64,000 nt of DNA. It comes from Macrostomum lignano (Eukaryota). The first letter of the stretch is position 1. Each line of letters starts with the position of its first letter. The stretch covers positions 558,001-622,000 of the forward strand of contig NIVC01000386.1 in assembly GCA_002269645.1 (NCBI GenBank), given 5' to 3'. Below, in pieces: positions 48,820-60,812 of this stretch. The notes below the pieces were generated by a model that made no database searches, was not told the DNA's origin, and saw only the letters and a list, made by a program, of their open reading frames with translations. The position numbers and the translations under genes were made by a program.

Positions 48820-49065
48820 GATAATAACTGATTGCATCTGAAGGCTTCTCAGTCCAAGGACTGGGGGGGGGGGTCGCCACACACACCCTCAATTACCCCC
48901 GCTAATCCTGGCACCCATTTTACAGCTGGGGTGAACTTAAGCAATGCAGAGTTGTCTTTCTCAAGGACACAAACTTTTCCGAGTAGGTTTGGAATCGAAC
49001 CCCCCCTCCCAACCTTTCAGACGCTCAACTGGGATTGGACACCAACGGCACTAATTGCCGAATTG
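48820..49065 (-). mobile_element. tRNA-derived CORE-type SINE
   Basis: Minus strand: A-box-like TAGTGCCGTTGG (49042-49053), B-box GGTTCGATTCC (48991-49001), then TGTGTCCTTGAGAAAGACAA...CACCCCAGCTGTAAAATGGG, resembling the MIR/CORE domain (TGTGACCTTGGGCAAG...CTGTAAAATGGG). Boundaries approximate. Confidence 0.65.
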
Positions 49066-49443
49066 CAGAGCACCTGTTGCTAAAATAAGCAAAATGACCT
49101 TAGGTGACTCTAAAAATCAATAGTAATCACGGTTCAATATCGTTAAAAAGGCCATTGGAGCTGTTAATGAACAGTTAAATTCTGATTCGTGCCGGCCGGG
49201 CCCATAAAATCTTGTAATACCAATAAAATCACACAGTACTGAGCACAAAGCCTTCGGTTTACAAAAAATGTTTTTCTTTGTGACAGTAAAATTTTCCGAA
49301 TAATTTTAACATTCCATTAATCAACTATAGCCATAAAGCTGAGGACAAGACATGGAATAGCCTATGTTTACCAATTTGTCTTAATTATGTTCAAGCCATA
49401 TATGCATGTTTAGTTGTTAAACATCGGTTTATGAGCCAGTCGG

Positions 49444-52400
49444 TCAGAACACCACGATGGTGACCAGCCAGGTCAGGAAGATGATCAGCATGCCGGCCAG
49501 GTAGACTCCGAAGAGCAGCCGCAGCAGCCGGAACTTGGCCGTCTCGATGCTGTCCTTCTCCTCCGAGCTGTCGGTAGCCTGCGCCTCTGCGGAGGCGGGG
49601 AGGGAGGACGCGGGTTTTGCGAGGCGAGTTCGAGGAGCATCTTCTGGACTTCCAGTGATGCACATAAAGTTCGTGCGCGATAGATTTGAGTCTTGAGATT
49701 TTTTAGAAGATGCTTCATTAGACCGGTCAGTTATGACAAAGGAAGGTTCTTCGGAAGTCGTTTTATATTTAAAAAGGAAGTTTTTGCAGATTGGATTGCA
49801 TAAGAAGTCTAGATTAAAACTTATATAATGTCTTTTGTATAAAAGAATTCTGTACGAGAGACAGGAAGAACCGATGTGTTGCTTCAATTTACCTCGTTTG
49901 CCCACGAGCTCCCAATCTCGGCAACCCACGAGCTCCCAATCTCGGCAATCCACGAGCTCCCAATCTCGGCAACCCACGAGCTCCCAATCTCGGCAACCCA
50001 CGAGCTCCCAATCTCGGCAAGCCACGAGCTCCCAATCTCGGCAACCCACGAGCTCCCAATCTCGGCAACCCACGAGCTCCCAATCTCGGCAACCCACGAG
50101 CTCCCAATCTCGGCAACCCACGAGCTCCCAATCTCGGCAACCCACGAGCTTCCAATCTCGGCAACCCACGAGCTTCCAATCTCGGCAACCCACGAGCTCC
50201 CAATCTCGGCAACCCACGAGCTCCCAATCTCGGCAACCCACGAGCTCCCAATCTCGGCAAGCCACGAGCTCCCAATCTCGGTAACCCACGAGCTCCCAAT
50301 CTCGGCAACCCACGAGTTCCCAATCTCGGCAACCCACGAGCTTCCAATCTCGGCAACCTACGAGCTCCCAATTTCGGCAACCCACGAGCTTTCAATCTTG
50401 ACAACCCGGCAACCCACAATCCCCCCCGAGTCTTCCCAACCCGGATGTGCAGCAAGAGTCTCACTGCTTCCAAAGCGAGCCAGCACGATGGGCACTACAA
50501 TCTGGAACACCAGGTGGAAGCCCAGCCAGGTGAAGGCGTACACCAGATGAGAAATCCGATAGGATTGCGGCAGCGACGACAGGAACCCGATGGTGATGAT
50601 GGTGGTGTCTGGAATTTGAACAAATTTCGAAGCGATTTGTGAGACAGTTGTATAACTAAATTGGGCCACGAATTTGCTTGAGTACTACTACTCTTAGGAA
50701 CAGTTGTTAAGTAGTGCAAACTTGGCAAAATGATTAATCTTCTGGCAACTATAAAAAAACACGGAAAAGTAAAGCCAATAGTATGACACTGTGCTGCTGA
50801 ACATAACAATACCTGCACTCCTGTTACCCACCTGCCAGCGACAGGGCGGTGTAGGCTACGATCTGGTGGGCGATTTTGAACCAAGGCCGCTTGGGCGAGT
50901 CTTTGTCCGGCCGCAGCGCGCCCATGAGGATCTGCACCACCGTCAGGCACACGATGGTCAGTCCCATAGCGCCGTGGCTCTGAGTGTTGCTGTACATCTG
51001 GGAATTAAAAAAGCACAAAGAACTCAGACATTGTTGCTTGCTTTTTGGACTGGACCCCCAGAGAAGTGAAACTCACGGAGCGCCACTTCCAGTCGAACTC
51101 GGCAAATATGAGCAGCACGCCAATCAGGGAGGCGCAGAAGCCCGTCACCATGAAGCCTCGGTGAAGCTGCAGATTTTAAATGATTTTATTAATGAGCTGC
51201 TTTGCCACCCTCACCCCTCAGTCCCTACCCCTCATCTCCTGCCCCTCTTCCCCTACCCCTCATCTCCCTCTTCCCTGCCCCTCATCTCCTGCCCCTCATT
51301 CCCTGCCCCTCTTCCCCTACCCCTCATCGCCTGCCCCTCTTGCCCTGCCCCTCTTCCTCTGCCCCTCTTCCCCTACCCCTCATCACCTGCCCCTCTTTCC
51401 CTGCCCCACTTCCCCTGCCCCTCTTGCCCTGCCCCTCTTGCCCTGCCCCTCATCTCCTGCCCCTCATCCCCTACCCCTCATCTCCCTCTTCCCTGCCCCT
51501 CATCTCCTGCCCCTCATCTCCTGCCCCTCATCTCCTGCCCCTCATCTCCTGCCCCTCTTCCCCTGCCCCTCGTCTCCTACCCCTCATCTCCTGCCCCTCT
51601 TGCCCTGCCCCTCTTTCCCTGCCTCACTTCCCCTGCCACTCATCCCCTTGCCACCCACATGGAACCAAAGCTGCACGTTGCCGTAGGTCTTCATGAAGAG
51701 GCAGCGATAGAACAGCGCCAAATTGGCACCCAGAGGCATCAGGAACTGCCAGGCCGTCAGCATGAGGCTGCCGTGAGCTCGCCGCAGGCCGCTAATGCGA
51801 TGCGCCGAGTAGCCATCGCGAGACTGCAGGTTAACCTGGCTGGTGGAGATCGCCGGCATCTCCGTGTGCTGCTGGACGCTGCTGCTGTCTGAATGCAATG
51901 TCAAAGCCGGGGCGATGAATCATTTGGAGAAATGATGCAGTACAGTACAGATGGATGTGGGTTTCAGATGCGACTGTGGCTGTGGTCAGGTGCGGCTGTG
52001 GTCAGGTGCGGCTGTGGCCAGGTGTGGGATTGTGATCAGGTGTGGCTATGGTCAGGTGTGGCTGTGGTCAGGTGTGGCTGTGGTCAGGTGTGGCTGTGGT
52101 CAGGTGTGGCTGTGGTCAGGTGTGGCTGTGGTCAGGCGTGGGATTGTGGTCAGGTGTGGCTGTGTTCAGGTGTGGCTGTGGTCAGGTGTGGCTGTTGTCA
52201 GGTGTGGCTGTGGTCAGGTGTGGCTGTGTTCAGGTGTGGCTGTGGTCAGGTGTGGAATTGTGGTCAGGTGTGGCTATGGTCAGGTGTGGCTGTGGTCAGG
52301 TGCGGCTGTGGTCAGGTGTGGCTGTTGTCAGGTGTGGCTGTGGTCAGGTGCGGCTGTGGTCAGGTGTGGCTGTGGTCAGGTGTGGCTGTGGTCAGGTGTG

Positions 52401-55400
52401 GCTGTGATCAAGTGTGGCTGTGATCAGGTGTGGCTGTGGTCAGGTGTGGCTGTGTTCAGGTGTGGCTGTGGTCAGGTGTGGCTGTGTTCAGGTGTGGCTG
52501 TGGTCAGGTGTGGCTGTGGTCAGGTGTGGCTGTGGTCAGGTGTGGCTGTGTTCAGGTGTGGCTGTGGTCAGGTGTGGCTGTGGTCAGGTGTGGAATTGTG
52601 GTCAGGTGCGGCTGTGGTCAGGTGTGGCTGTGGTCAGGTGCGGCTGTGGTCAGGTGCGGCTGTGGTCAGGTGTGGCTGTGGTCATGCAATTTACCAGGAC
52701 ATTAGACACTATGGCGCACCTCTGTAGGTATTTCCGTAAGCTACGAAGACATATCTCGGAGTTCGCAGATCAAAGCTGCGAAGCACAGGAGGCTCCGAAC
52801 TCTGCCTGGGATTCAGATAGGTGCTGATGTTCACTGTCCAGGGCAGCGTGAACTCGCACCGGATGCGTCCGGTGTCCAGCAGCTCGATGTACTTATTCTG
52901 CATCGGCGTCTGTTGGCGGGAGGGGGCACAAAATGCAAAAGAAAGTCTCAGGTAGAGCCGGCTGGCGGGGTGCTCACCCAGCGGTGTCTCTCGTTGAGCC
53001 GGCGGTACTTGGGGTTGTAGCCCAGCTGCATGCTGTAGCCGCCCTGACCGCCTGTGCAGGTCAGGGTCAGGTCGTCTCCCTGCGCAAGGAGTTGCGGGTT
53101 CGGGAATATAGTTCGCCTAGATTCAGATTTAGGAGGCTTCTGGACAGGTTGACTGGGCCCTAGGAAACTGGGGTCATGTTAGCCAGGGTCAATTTATTCT
53201 GGGTCATGGTAGCCTGGGTCATGGAAGCCTGGGTCATGGAAGCCTGGGTCATGGAAGCCTGGGTCATGGTAGCCTGGGTCATGGTAACCTGGGTCATGGT
53301 AACCTGGGTCATGGAAGCCAGGGTCATGGTAGCCTGGGTCATGGAAGCCTGGGTCATGGTAGCCTGGGTCATGGAAGTGAAAGCCTGGGTCAGGGTAGCC
53401 TGGGTCATGGAAGCCTGGTGTAGTGAGTGAAACGAGGCTAGACTGCTTGTTGTAGTCGATAGTTGCCGAAAGCTTGCAGGCGAGAATAATAGCGATCAGT
53501 ATATTTATTGAATTATTGAGCTGAGTCAGAATGGTGGCTAAAGTCGCACCATGCACATTTGATATTGTACGCATAAGGGTTGAGCTAGCAGAGTCACGCG
53601 GCGCAGCCGCTAACAACCCCCCAACACACACACGATAGTAGGCGCTGCCTACACTTCTCCCCCCCAAAGGAATTAAAAAAAAACTTCGAACTAAAGAAAA
53701 TTAACTGTTTACGAAGTACACCGCTTCAGCTTGAGTTATGCCGCTTCGGGCAATGCGGATCAGATACTTAACTCTTATAGCACTTCGGCGTGTCGCGGGC
53801 TGCTCTTGGATGCCGTCTCTGAGCCACAGACTCTGCTTCTTGACTATCGGCCTGGCCGGCGGCCTGGCCGGCGTACTGGCCGGCGGCCTGGCCGGCGTAC
53901 TGGCCGGCGGACTGGCCGGCTGACTGGCCGGCGGACTGGCCGGTGGACTGGCCGGCTGACTGGCCGGCGGAGTGGCCGGCTGACTGGCCAGTGGACTGGC
54001 CGGCTGACTGGCCGGCGGACTGGCCGGCTGACTGGCCGGCGGACTGGCCGGCGGACTGGCCAGCGGAGTGGCCGGCTGACTGGCCAGTGGACTGGCCGGC
54101 TGACTGGCCGGCGGACTGGCCGGCTGACTGGCCGGCTGACTGGCCGGCGGACTGGCCGGCGGACTGGCCGGCTGACTGGCCGGCTGACTGGCCGGCGGAC
54201 TGGCCGGCGGACTGGCCGGCTGACTGGCCAGTGGACTGGCCGGCGGACTGGCCGGCGGACTGGCCGGCGGACTGGCCGGCGGACTGGCCGGCGGACTGGC
54301 CGGCGGACTGGCCGGCGGACTGGCCGGCGGACTGGCCGGCGGACTGGCCGGCTGACTGGCCGGCGGACTGGCCGGCTGACTGGCCCGACGGTTCCATCAG
54401 AGGCCGCAGCTGGGTCACGTGCCGCATACAAGACTGCTGGCCTCGCCGTAGGATGCAGGTGTCGCCTCGAACCTCCTGCACCGTCCATGGCTGAGTTTCG
54501 AATGGCAGCTGCGTTTTTTTGCGTGCCTGCTGCTTGCGAAGAACACTCGTGCCGGGAACGATGCGGTGCTCCTTTGCGGCCGTGCGCCTGTCGAACGCAC
54601 TCTTCATCTGCTGCGTGTACCGCCGGTTCCAGTCCTGCACGGCTTCCTGGCTGACATCAGATGATTTCGGCTGCCTGCTGGCTGGGATTCCGTCGTTGAT
54701 CGGCCTGCCCATGAGGAGCTCGGCCGGAGTCCACCCAGTTGCTCGGTGAGGCGTTGTGAGGAACGCCAGAAGCCAGTCGTCCAGGGCCTCTCTCCAGTTC
54801 CGACCTTCAGCGACAGCAGTCTTCACCACCTTCCCGATGCTGCGGTTGACACGCTCGGTGGCTCCGTTGGACTCCGGATGCAGCGGACAGATGAGACGAT
54901 GATGAACTCCGTATCCGCTGAGGAAGCTGCGAAAGTCGGCAGAGTTAAAGGGCGGTCCGTTGTCCGTGATGACCTCAGCAGGGATGCCGTGCCGACCGAA
55001 CAGCCGTCTCAGATGCGGTGTCACGTTGCCGGCCGTCGTTGACTGCATGATGTCGACTTCCGGGTACTTGGAGTACAGGTCCGTGGTGACCAGCAACATC
55101 TGACCTTGCACCGGGCCGTAGAAGTCCATGCCGAGCAGTTGCAGAGGTCCGTCCGGCATCTCCGTCGGCTTCAAAGGCGTCTGGTGCACGTGCGTGGCCG
55201 CTGCTTGGCAACCGACACAGCACTTGACGAATACTTCGCAGTCGCTGCGCATCTTTGGCCACCAGACTTTGGTCTGCAGTCGCTTCAGGGTTCTGTCCGC
55301 ACCGAGATGTCCCGTATGGGCCAGCTGCAGTATCGGTCTCCGCAGCGACTCGGGGACAACGATGAGATCTCCGCGGAGCAGAATTCCGTCGCTCTCGGAA

Positions 55401-58400
55401 AGTTCGCTGCTGCTGGACTTAAGTGCGCGTTGCACCGGGTCGAGCATGTTCCAGCTGCCGGTTCTGATCGCGCTGAGCGCAGCCTGGATCTCCGTGTCAG
55501 TCCTTGAAGAGTCTCGGATCTGCTGAAGGCTGAATCCCTTTGGCACGGCACCTGCTGACACAGCACTGACGAATGCCGCATCGATGACCTCGCCGATGTT
55601 TGGCCTGGGCTCCGGTAGCGGCTGGCGGCTCAGCAGATCGGCCGGATTGGCAGGTCCTGGCCGGTACAACAAAGTGAAGCGGAGGTGCTGGATGCGGAGG
55701 GCCATCCGCTCTATGCGCGGCGGAGGACGAGACCCCGGCTTGAAGAGCGGCACAAGAGGTCGATGGTCCGTCACGACGGTGAAGTTCGGGTCGCCTGCCA
55801 GATAATGCTCGAACTTCAGGCAGGCAAACTTGATGGCCAGCGCCTCCCGTTCGATCTGAGCATAGCGCTGCTCCACTGGCGACAGAGCTCGGCTGGCGTA
55901 GGCGACGGGTCTGCTGCTGCCGTCTGGCTGCTTCTGGGTGAGGATGGCGCCGAGACCGATGGGAGATGCGTCCACCAGAAGCTCTGTCTGCCGCTTGCGG
56001 TCGAAGAACGCCAGCGTGTCGGCTCCGGCGATGGCCTTCTTGATTGTGCTGAATGCTTCAGTGTGGCTGGCAGTCCATTCCCATGGCTGGCCCTTCTTGG
56101 TCAAATGGCGCAGCGGGGCTGACACGTCGGCGAATCTTGGGATGAATTTCGCCAGAAAGTTTGCGGTGCCGAGAAACGACCGAACATCTGAGACATTGGC
56201 GGGCTGCCGGAAGTCTTGCATTGCGCGGATTTTCTCAGCAGCTGGTTGGATGCCCTTGGCTGACAGGTGCATCCCGAGAAATTCGACAGCCGGTTTGGCG
56301 AACTTGCACTTGTCCTTGTTCAGCGTGATGCCGAATTCGCGGAGGCGGTGAAGGCAGGCGTCCAGTCTGTCGTGGTGCTGCTTGGCATCCGCGGCGTAGA
56401 CGATGACGTCGTCGTGGACCCACCTGACACCGTCGATGCCGCTGAGGATGCCCAGCATGACCCGCTGAAGGATCTCCGAAGCGTTGGTGAAGCCCATACT
56501 CAGCCTCTTGAGTCGCATCAGTCCGAGCGGCGTGCTGAACGTGAAGAGATGGCGGCTGTCCTCGTGCACCGGAATCTGGTAGAAGGCTTTCCGGATGTCC
56601 AGCTCGCTGAACAGCTTGGCTCCGGACATCTCCTCGGTGACCTCATCCAGGGTCGGAATCTGCTGCTTTTCGGGGACCACAAAGGCGTTCAGGTCGCGAA
56701 GGTCTTGGCAGATCCTAACGCCGCCATCGGTCTTGGGCACCACGACCATGCGTGCCACCCAGGCGCTGGGACCCTTGACTGACTCGATGATGTCCTGCCG
56801 CTCCAGTGCCTTCAGCTCATCCACCACGGCTGCTCTCAGGTGCGCCGCCACCCGGGATGGCGCGTGGCAGACTGGCACGGCGTTGTCTGATAGCTGCACT
56901 CTGACCTGTACACCTTTGATGCATCCGATGCCTTCGAAGACTGCTTTGTGCCGGTGTAGAATGTCCTGAAGCTGTGGCGACGGACGCGCTGAGTCGCTGT
57001 TCGAATTCACAACTTCCGTCGCATTGAACTCCGGGCGCTGAATTTTGAGAACTCCGAGCCTGAATGCGGGATCGCGACCGAGTATTGTGAGACCATCGCC
57101 ATCCATGATGTGGAAGGGCACGACAGTGCTGACTGCTCCGACGCGAACTTCCAGGTCGGCGATTCCGAAGATCTTGAGTGGTGCAGAGCAGCCATAGGCT
57201 CTGACTTCCGATTCTGGAGTTCGCAGGTGAGGCCGATTGAGCGTCTTGAAAGTGCGGCTGCTCATAATGCTGCAGCTGGCACCGCTGTCGATCATCATCG
57301 AGAGCTGCCGACTTCCCACTTGGACTTTCAGCGAGACCTCAGCCGGGTAGGTGCCGTTTCTATGCAGGGTGAACACGTCTTCGCTGGCGATGGCGTCAGG
57401 GACCGTGCAGTCTGCGTTGGCGTTGATCTGCTGCCGGGCTCTGCTGCCGGCTGAGCGCGGTTGACGGCACGCCTTGGCCAGGTGATTTGGCTTACCGCAG
57501 TTATTGCAGAACCTGCCCCTGGCTGCGTCGCAGGTGGCGTGGCCACGCTCGCCGCATCGGTAGCAGGTGTTCATCTGGCTCGGCTTTGATCTCGGTTCGC
57601 TGGCGGGTCCGCGTCTGTCTATCGCTGTTTTGCTGCTCCTGGCCAGGCTAGCTACCTGGGCGTCGGTGGTCTTCTCCATCTCAGCAGCCTGCTCTTCCGC
57701 AGCCTCGAATGCTCTGGCCTTCCGCAGGGCATCCTCCAGCGTGATGTCTGCTTCTTGGAGCAGCCGTCTGCGCAGTTTGTCGGAGGTGCATGTCGCGACG
57801 AGCTGGTCCCGGATGAGCGAGTCCCTCAGGTTTTCGAATTCGCACGGTTCGGCTGCCGCCCGCAGTCTGCTGTGCCAGGCCTCGATTTTCTCACCGGCTT
57901 GTTGGATGCACAGGCGAAATTGGTATCTCGCAAAAACGATGTTTTTCCTGTCGTCGAAATGGCGCTTCAGTCCGTCGAAGATGCTGGCCAATGTGTGCTC
58001 CTTCTCTTCGCCTTCAACCTGAGGCTTTGGTAGCTCGCGAACGATATCAGAGACCTCCTTTCCAGCAGTGTAGCAGAGCAGCTTGCACTTCTGGTTATCA
58101 TTTGCAACTCCGGACGCCTCGATAAAGTCTGTGAAGCGCGCTGCCCATTCGCGCCAACGCTTGCCAGCGTTGTGAGGGTCGTCAGAGATGACAAATGGTT
58201 CGGGGGGGGTAGCGCGATGTAATTGGTGGCCATGCCCCGCGCTGGATGCGGTTGCTTGCGATGCCACTGTAGTGAGTGAAACGAGGCTAGACTGCTTGTT
58301 GTAGTCGATAGTTGCCGAAAGCTTGCAGGCGAGAATAATAGCGATCAGTATATTTATTGAATTATTGAGCTGAGTCAGAATGGTGGCTAAAGTCGCACCA

Positions 58401-60347
58401 TGCACATTTGATATTGTACGCATAAGGGTTGAGCTAGCAGAGTCACGCGGCGCAGCCGCTAACAACCCCCCAACACACACACGATAGTAGGCGCTGCCTA
58501 CACCTGGGTCATGGAAGCCTGAGTCATGGAAGGCTGGGTCATGGAAGGCTGGGTCATGGAAGGCTGGGTCATGGAAGCCTTGGTCATGGAAGCCTTAGTC
58601 ATGGTAGCCTGGGTCATGGAAGCCTGGGTCATGGAAGCCTGGGTCATGGAAGCCTGGGTCATGGAAGCCTGGGTCATGGAAGCCTGGGTCATAAAAGCCT
58701 GCATGGGTCAGAAAGCCTCACCATCTTGTCATCGTCCGACAGCCCCAAAGACACGAAGTTCCCCACCGCATGCACCAACAGCCGCAGGCGGTTCTCGGCC
58801 TCCAGGTAGAGGAACTTCACCAGAATCTCGCAGTTCGCGGTATCGCACAGGGCCGGAGACCGCACGCAGCCGAATTCAGTGCCGCAGGCACCTTCTAGGG
58901 GGTTGGGCGACTCTCCAATCGTCAGTGGCGGGAAGGGCGGGTCTTCGCTTGACTGGACGGCGGTCAGCACACTGGAGGTGACGTTGGACCAGAAGGTGCT
59001 GAAGGACTGCACCACCGGCGTTCTGCGTTTGATAGGTTTTTCGGTTTAGACCATTGGTTTTTATTCATGTTACAGTAAACTGGCACAGATTACAGTAAAC
59101 TAGCACAGATTACAGTAAACTAGCACAGATTACAGTAAACTGGCACAGATTACAGTAAACTGGCACAGATTACAGTAAACTAGCACAGATTACAGTAAAC
59201 TAGCACAGATTACAGTAAACTAGCACAGATTACAGTAAACTAGCACAGATTACAGTAAACTAGCACAGATTACAGTAAACTGGCACAGATCACAGTAAAC
59301 TGGCACAGATTACAGTAAACTAGCACAGATTACAGTAAACTGGCACAGATCACAGTAAACTGGCACAGATCACAGTAAACTAGCACAGATCACAGTAAAC
59401 TGGCACAGATTACAGTAAACTAGCACAGATTACAGTCAACTAGCACAGATTACAGTAAACTGGCCCAGATTACAGTAAACTGGCATAGATTACAGTAAAC
59501 TGGCACAGACATCTGTACCATGAATCAGCCAAGATCACTTACGTGAACACCACGTCTCCCACGGAGCGAGGTGGCGCGGTCCAGCGAGCCGTGATCTCCG
59601 ACTGCGGAAGGCCGCCGTGGGTGAGGCAGTTCTGTGGGGTCGGGACGTAGGGGGCTTCGGCTTAAAAATGTTTGTCACCAAGTCGGCCAGTCGATCAACT
59701 CAATCGGGAACTCACCGGCAGGCTGGCGTTCTGGCTGTACCAAAAGCCGCCGACGGCGCCGGTGGGCACCTCGAAGCCGCCGACCAGCTCCTCCGTGTCG
59801 CCGCTGACTCGGCGAGCCGCCAGCGCGAAGCCAAGAAACGACTGACCGCTCGTGCCGCGGAGAGTCACTGGTTGCAGTTTTGAATGGCAGTTTATTACAG
59901 CTGTTAATTTCCCATCGCAGCCCAGGTGAGGCCTACATGTATCTCATCCAGGTGGCTGAGATCTCACCCACGTGACTCCTATCTCACCCAAGTGACTCCT
60001 ATCTCACCCAAGTGACTCCTATCTCACCCAGTTGACTCCTATCTCACCCAGGTGACTCCTATCTCACCCAGTTGACTCTTATCTCACCCAGGTGACTCTT
60101 ATCCCACCTAGGTGTCTTTTATCTTACACCTGGGTAGCTGCTCACCTTGAACAGTCTGGCCGGGCGAGTAGCGGTCTGGGCTGAAGGTCAACTCGTAGGG
60201 CGGAGCTGAGGTCTGCGGCTGGAAGCCGTGCATCGGCACCAGGTTGCTGCACCTGTGGTTCGGCGCGCCGTCGGGAAATGCAGCCGACAGGTGAACGCCT
60301 GACAGCAGGACTACGGCGCTGAGTAGCATCTGCAGTTCCGGGCTCAT
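49444..60347 (-). CDS. FRRS1: Ferric-chelate reductase 1-like (Reeler - DOMON - cytochrome b561), 11 exons, ~621 aa
   Basis: Exons 60146-60347, 59716-59867, 59543-59631, 58722-59022, 52978-53079, 52720-52909, 51659-51888, 51077-51166, 50832-50997, 50465-50608, 49444-49643; all GT-AG, phase-consistent (1866 nt). Signal peptide and Reeler (FPDGAPNHRCSNLVPMHG, FLGFAL, WTAP, VVQSFSTFW), DOMON (VSLGLSDDDKMGDD, RIRCEF), b561 haem His (AHGSLMLTAW, WFHLHRGFM, SHGAMG, WFKIAHQIV), final TM. Confidence 0.9.
49900..50420. repeat. 24-bp minisatellite (CCCACGAGCTCCCAATCTCGGCAA)n, ~21 copies
   Basis: In FRRS1 intron 10. Confidence 0.95.
51210..51655. repeat. C/T-rich (CCTGCCCCTCATCT/CCCCTCTT)n low-complexity array
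   Basis: In FRRS1 intron 7, abutting the donor. Confidence 0.88.
51972..52684. repeat. 16-bp minisatellite (GGTCAGGTGTGGCTGT)n, ~44 copies
   Basis: In FRRS1 intron 6. Confidence 0.95.
53169..53418. repeat. 15-bp minisatellite (GGGTCATGGAAGCCT)n, left part
   Basis: In FRRS1 intron 4; split by the LTR element. Confidence 0.93.
53419..53653 (-). repeat. 3' LTR (235 bp)
   Basis: Direct repeat of 58268-58502; contains AATAAA on the minus strand. Confidence 0.97.
53654..53665 (-). other. Polypurine tract GGGGGGGAGAAG
   Basis: Directly adjoins the 3' LTR. Confidence 0.9.
53768..58233 (-). CDS. Gag-Pol polyprotein of the Gypsy element
   Basis: Gag (PPEPF..NAGKRWREW), zinc knuckles CYRCGERGHATC and CNNCGKPNHLAKAC, protease IDSGASCS, RT (RICQDLRDLN, FSELDIRKAFYQI, WVHDD), RNase H (VDASPIGLGAIL, YAQIEREALA, VTDHRPL), integrase (H..HLG, CVGC, GMDFYG, TDNGPPF, SNGATER). 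The ATG at 58233 is one base out of frame with the long ORF. Confidence 0.93.
53845..54385. repeat. 12-bp tandem repeat (CTGGCCGGCGGA/CTGGCCGGCTGA)n inside pol, encoding (GQSA)n
   Basis: ~45 copies, in frame. Confidence 0.95.
58251..58266 (-). other. Putative primer-binding site TGGCATCGCAAGCAAC
   Basis: TGG starts 1 nt after the 5' LTR; the cognate tRNA was not identified. Confidence 0.55.
58268..58502 (-). repeat. 5' LTR (235 bp)
   Basis: Direct repeat of 53419-53653. Confidence 0.97.
58503..58705. repeat. 15-bp minisatellite (GGGTCATGGAAGCCT)n, right part
   Basis: Continuation of the 53169 array; abuts the donor at 58721. Confidence 0.93.
59072..59509. repeat. 20-bp minisatellite (ACAGTAAACT[A/G]GCACAGATT)n, ~22 copies
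   Basis: In FRRS1 intron 3. Confidence 0.96.
59955..60110. repeat. 20-bp tandem repeat (CTCACCCAAGTGACTCCTAT)n, ~7 copies
   Basis: In FRRS1 intron 1. Confidence 0.92.
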
Positions 60348-60812
60348 CGGCAGCCGCGAGTTTGACATTCTTGACAAAAAATTATTGACTTCAAATTACA
60401 AAACTTATAATGCACTGCGTAAGCGTTCAAAATGCTGCACTTTCCCGCTTCGTGGCGGCATTGGATGGGATGGGAAAGCCACGCCCTGTAGCCTCAGGCC
60501 CCGCCCTGTGGCCGCTGTCTGACAGCAGTACGCAGGGGCTGACGGAAGGGGGAGAAAATCTCTCCCCATGGGAAAGAGTTAAACAGATAGAATTTAGGAG
60601 ACGCTGAGAAGGCACTGCCCTTTTCCAATCCTGCTCTGAGCTCGGCAATTCATGTAGAGGCATGCGACTGCAGGTGAGATGTACATGTAATTATATGTAC
60701 ATGTAGCCCAGGTAAGCGGAGGATGAACCAGAAGATATCCTCTCACACTCTGTGCTTCATTGCCTTTGCTTGCACAAGAGAAATATGACAAATATAAGGA
60801 AGGAGGGTCGAA

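Larger units (their letters stand above)
53419..58502 (-). mobile_element. Full-length Ty3/Gypsy LTR retrotransposon (Mag-like), recent insertion
   Basis: Two 235-bp LTRs, TGTAG...CTACA, identical by eye; 5-bp TSD CCTGG (53414-53418, 58503-58507); PBS-like and PPT sites; single gag-pol with PR-RT-RH-IN order. Confidence 0.97.

Noticed and set aside
53768-58480. 1570-aa ORF start (MCVGG, GTG codon) as the true Gag start
   Set aside because: It lies in the U3 part of the 5' LTR; LTR-encoded residues are unlikely to be on the genomic mRNA.
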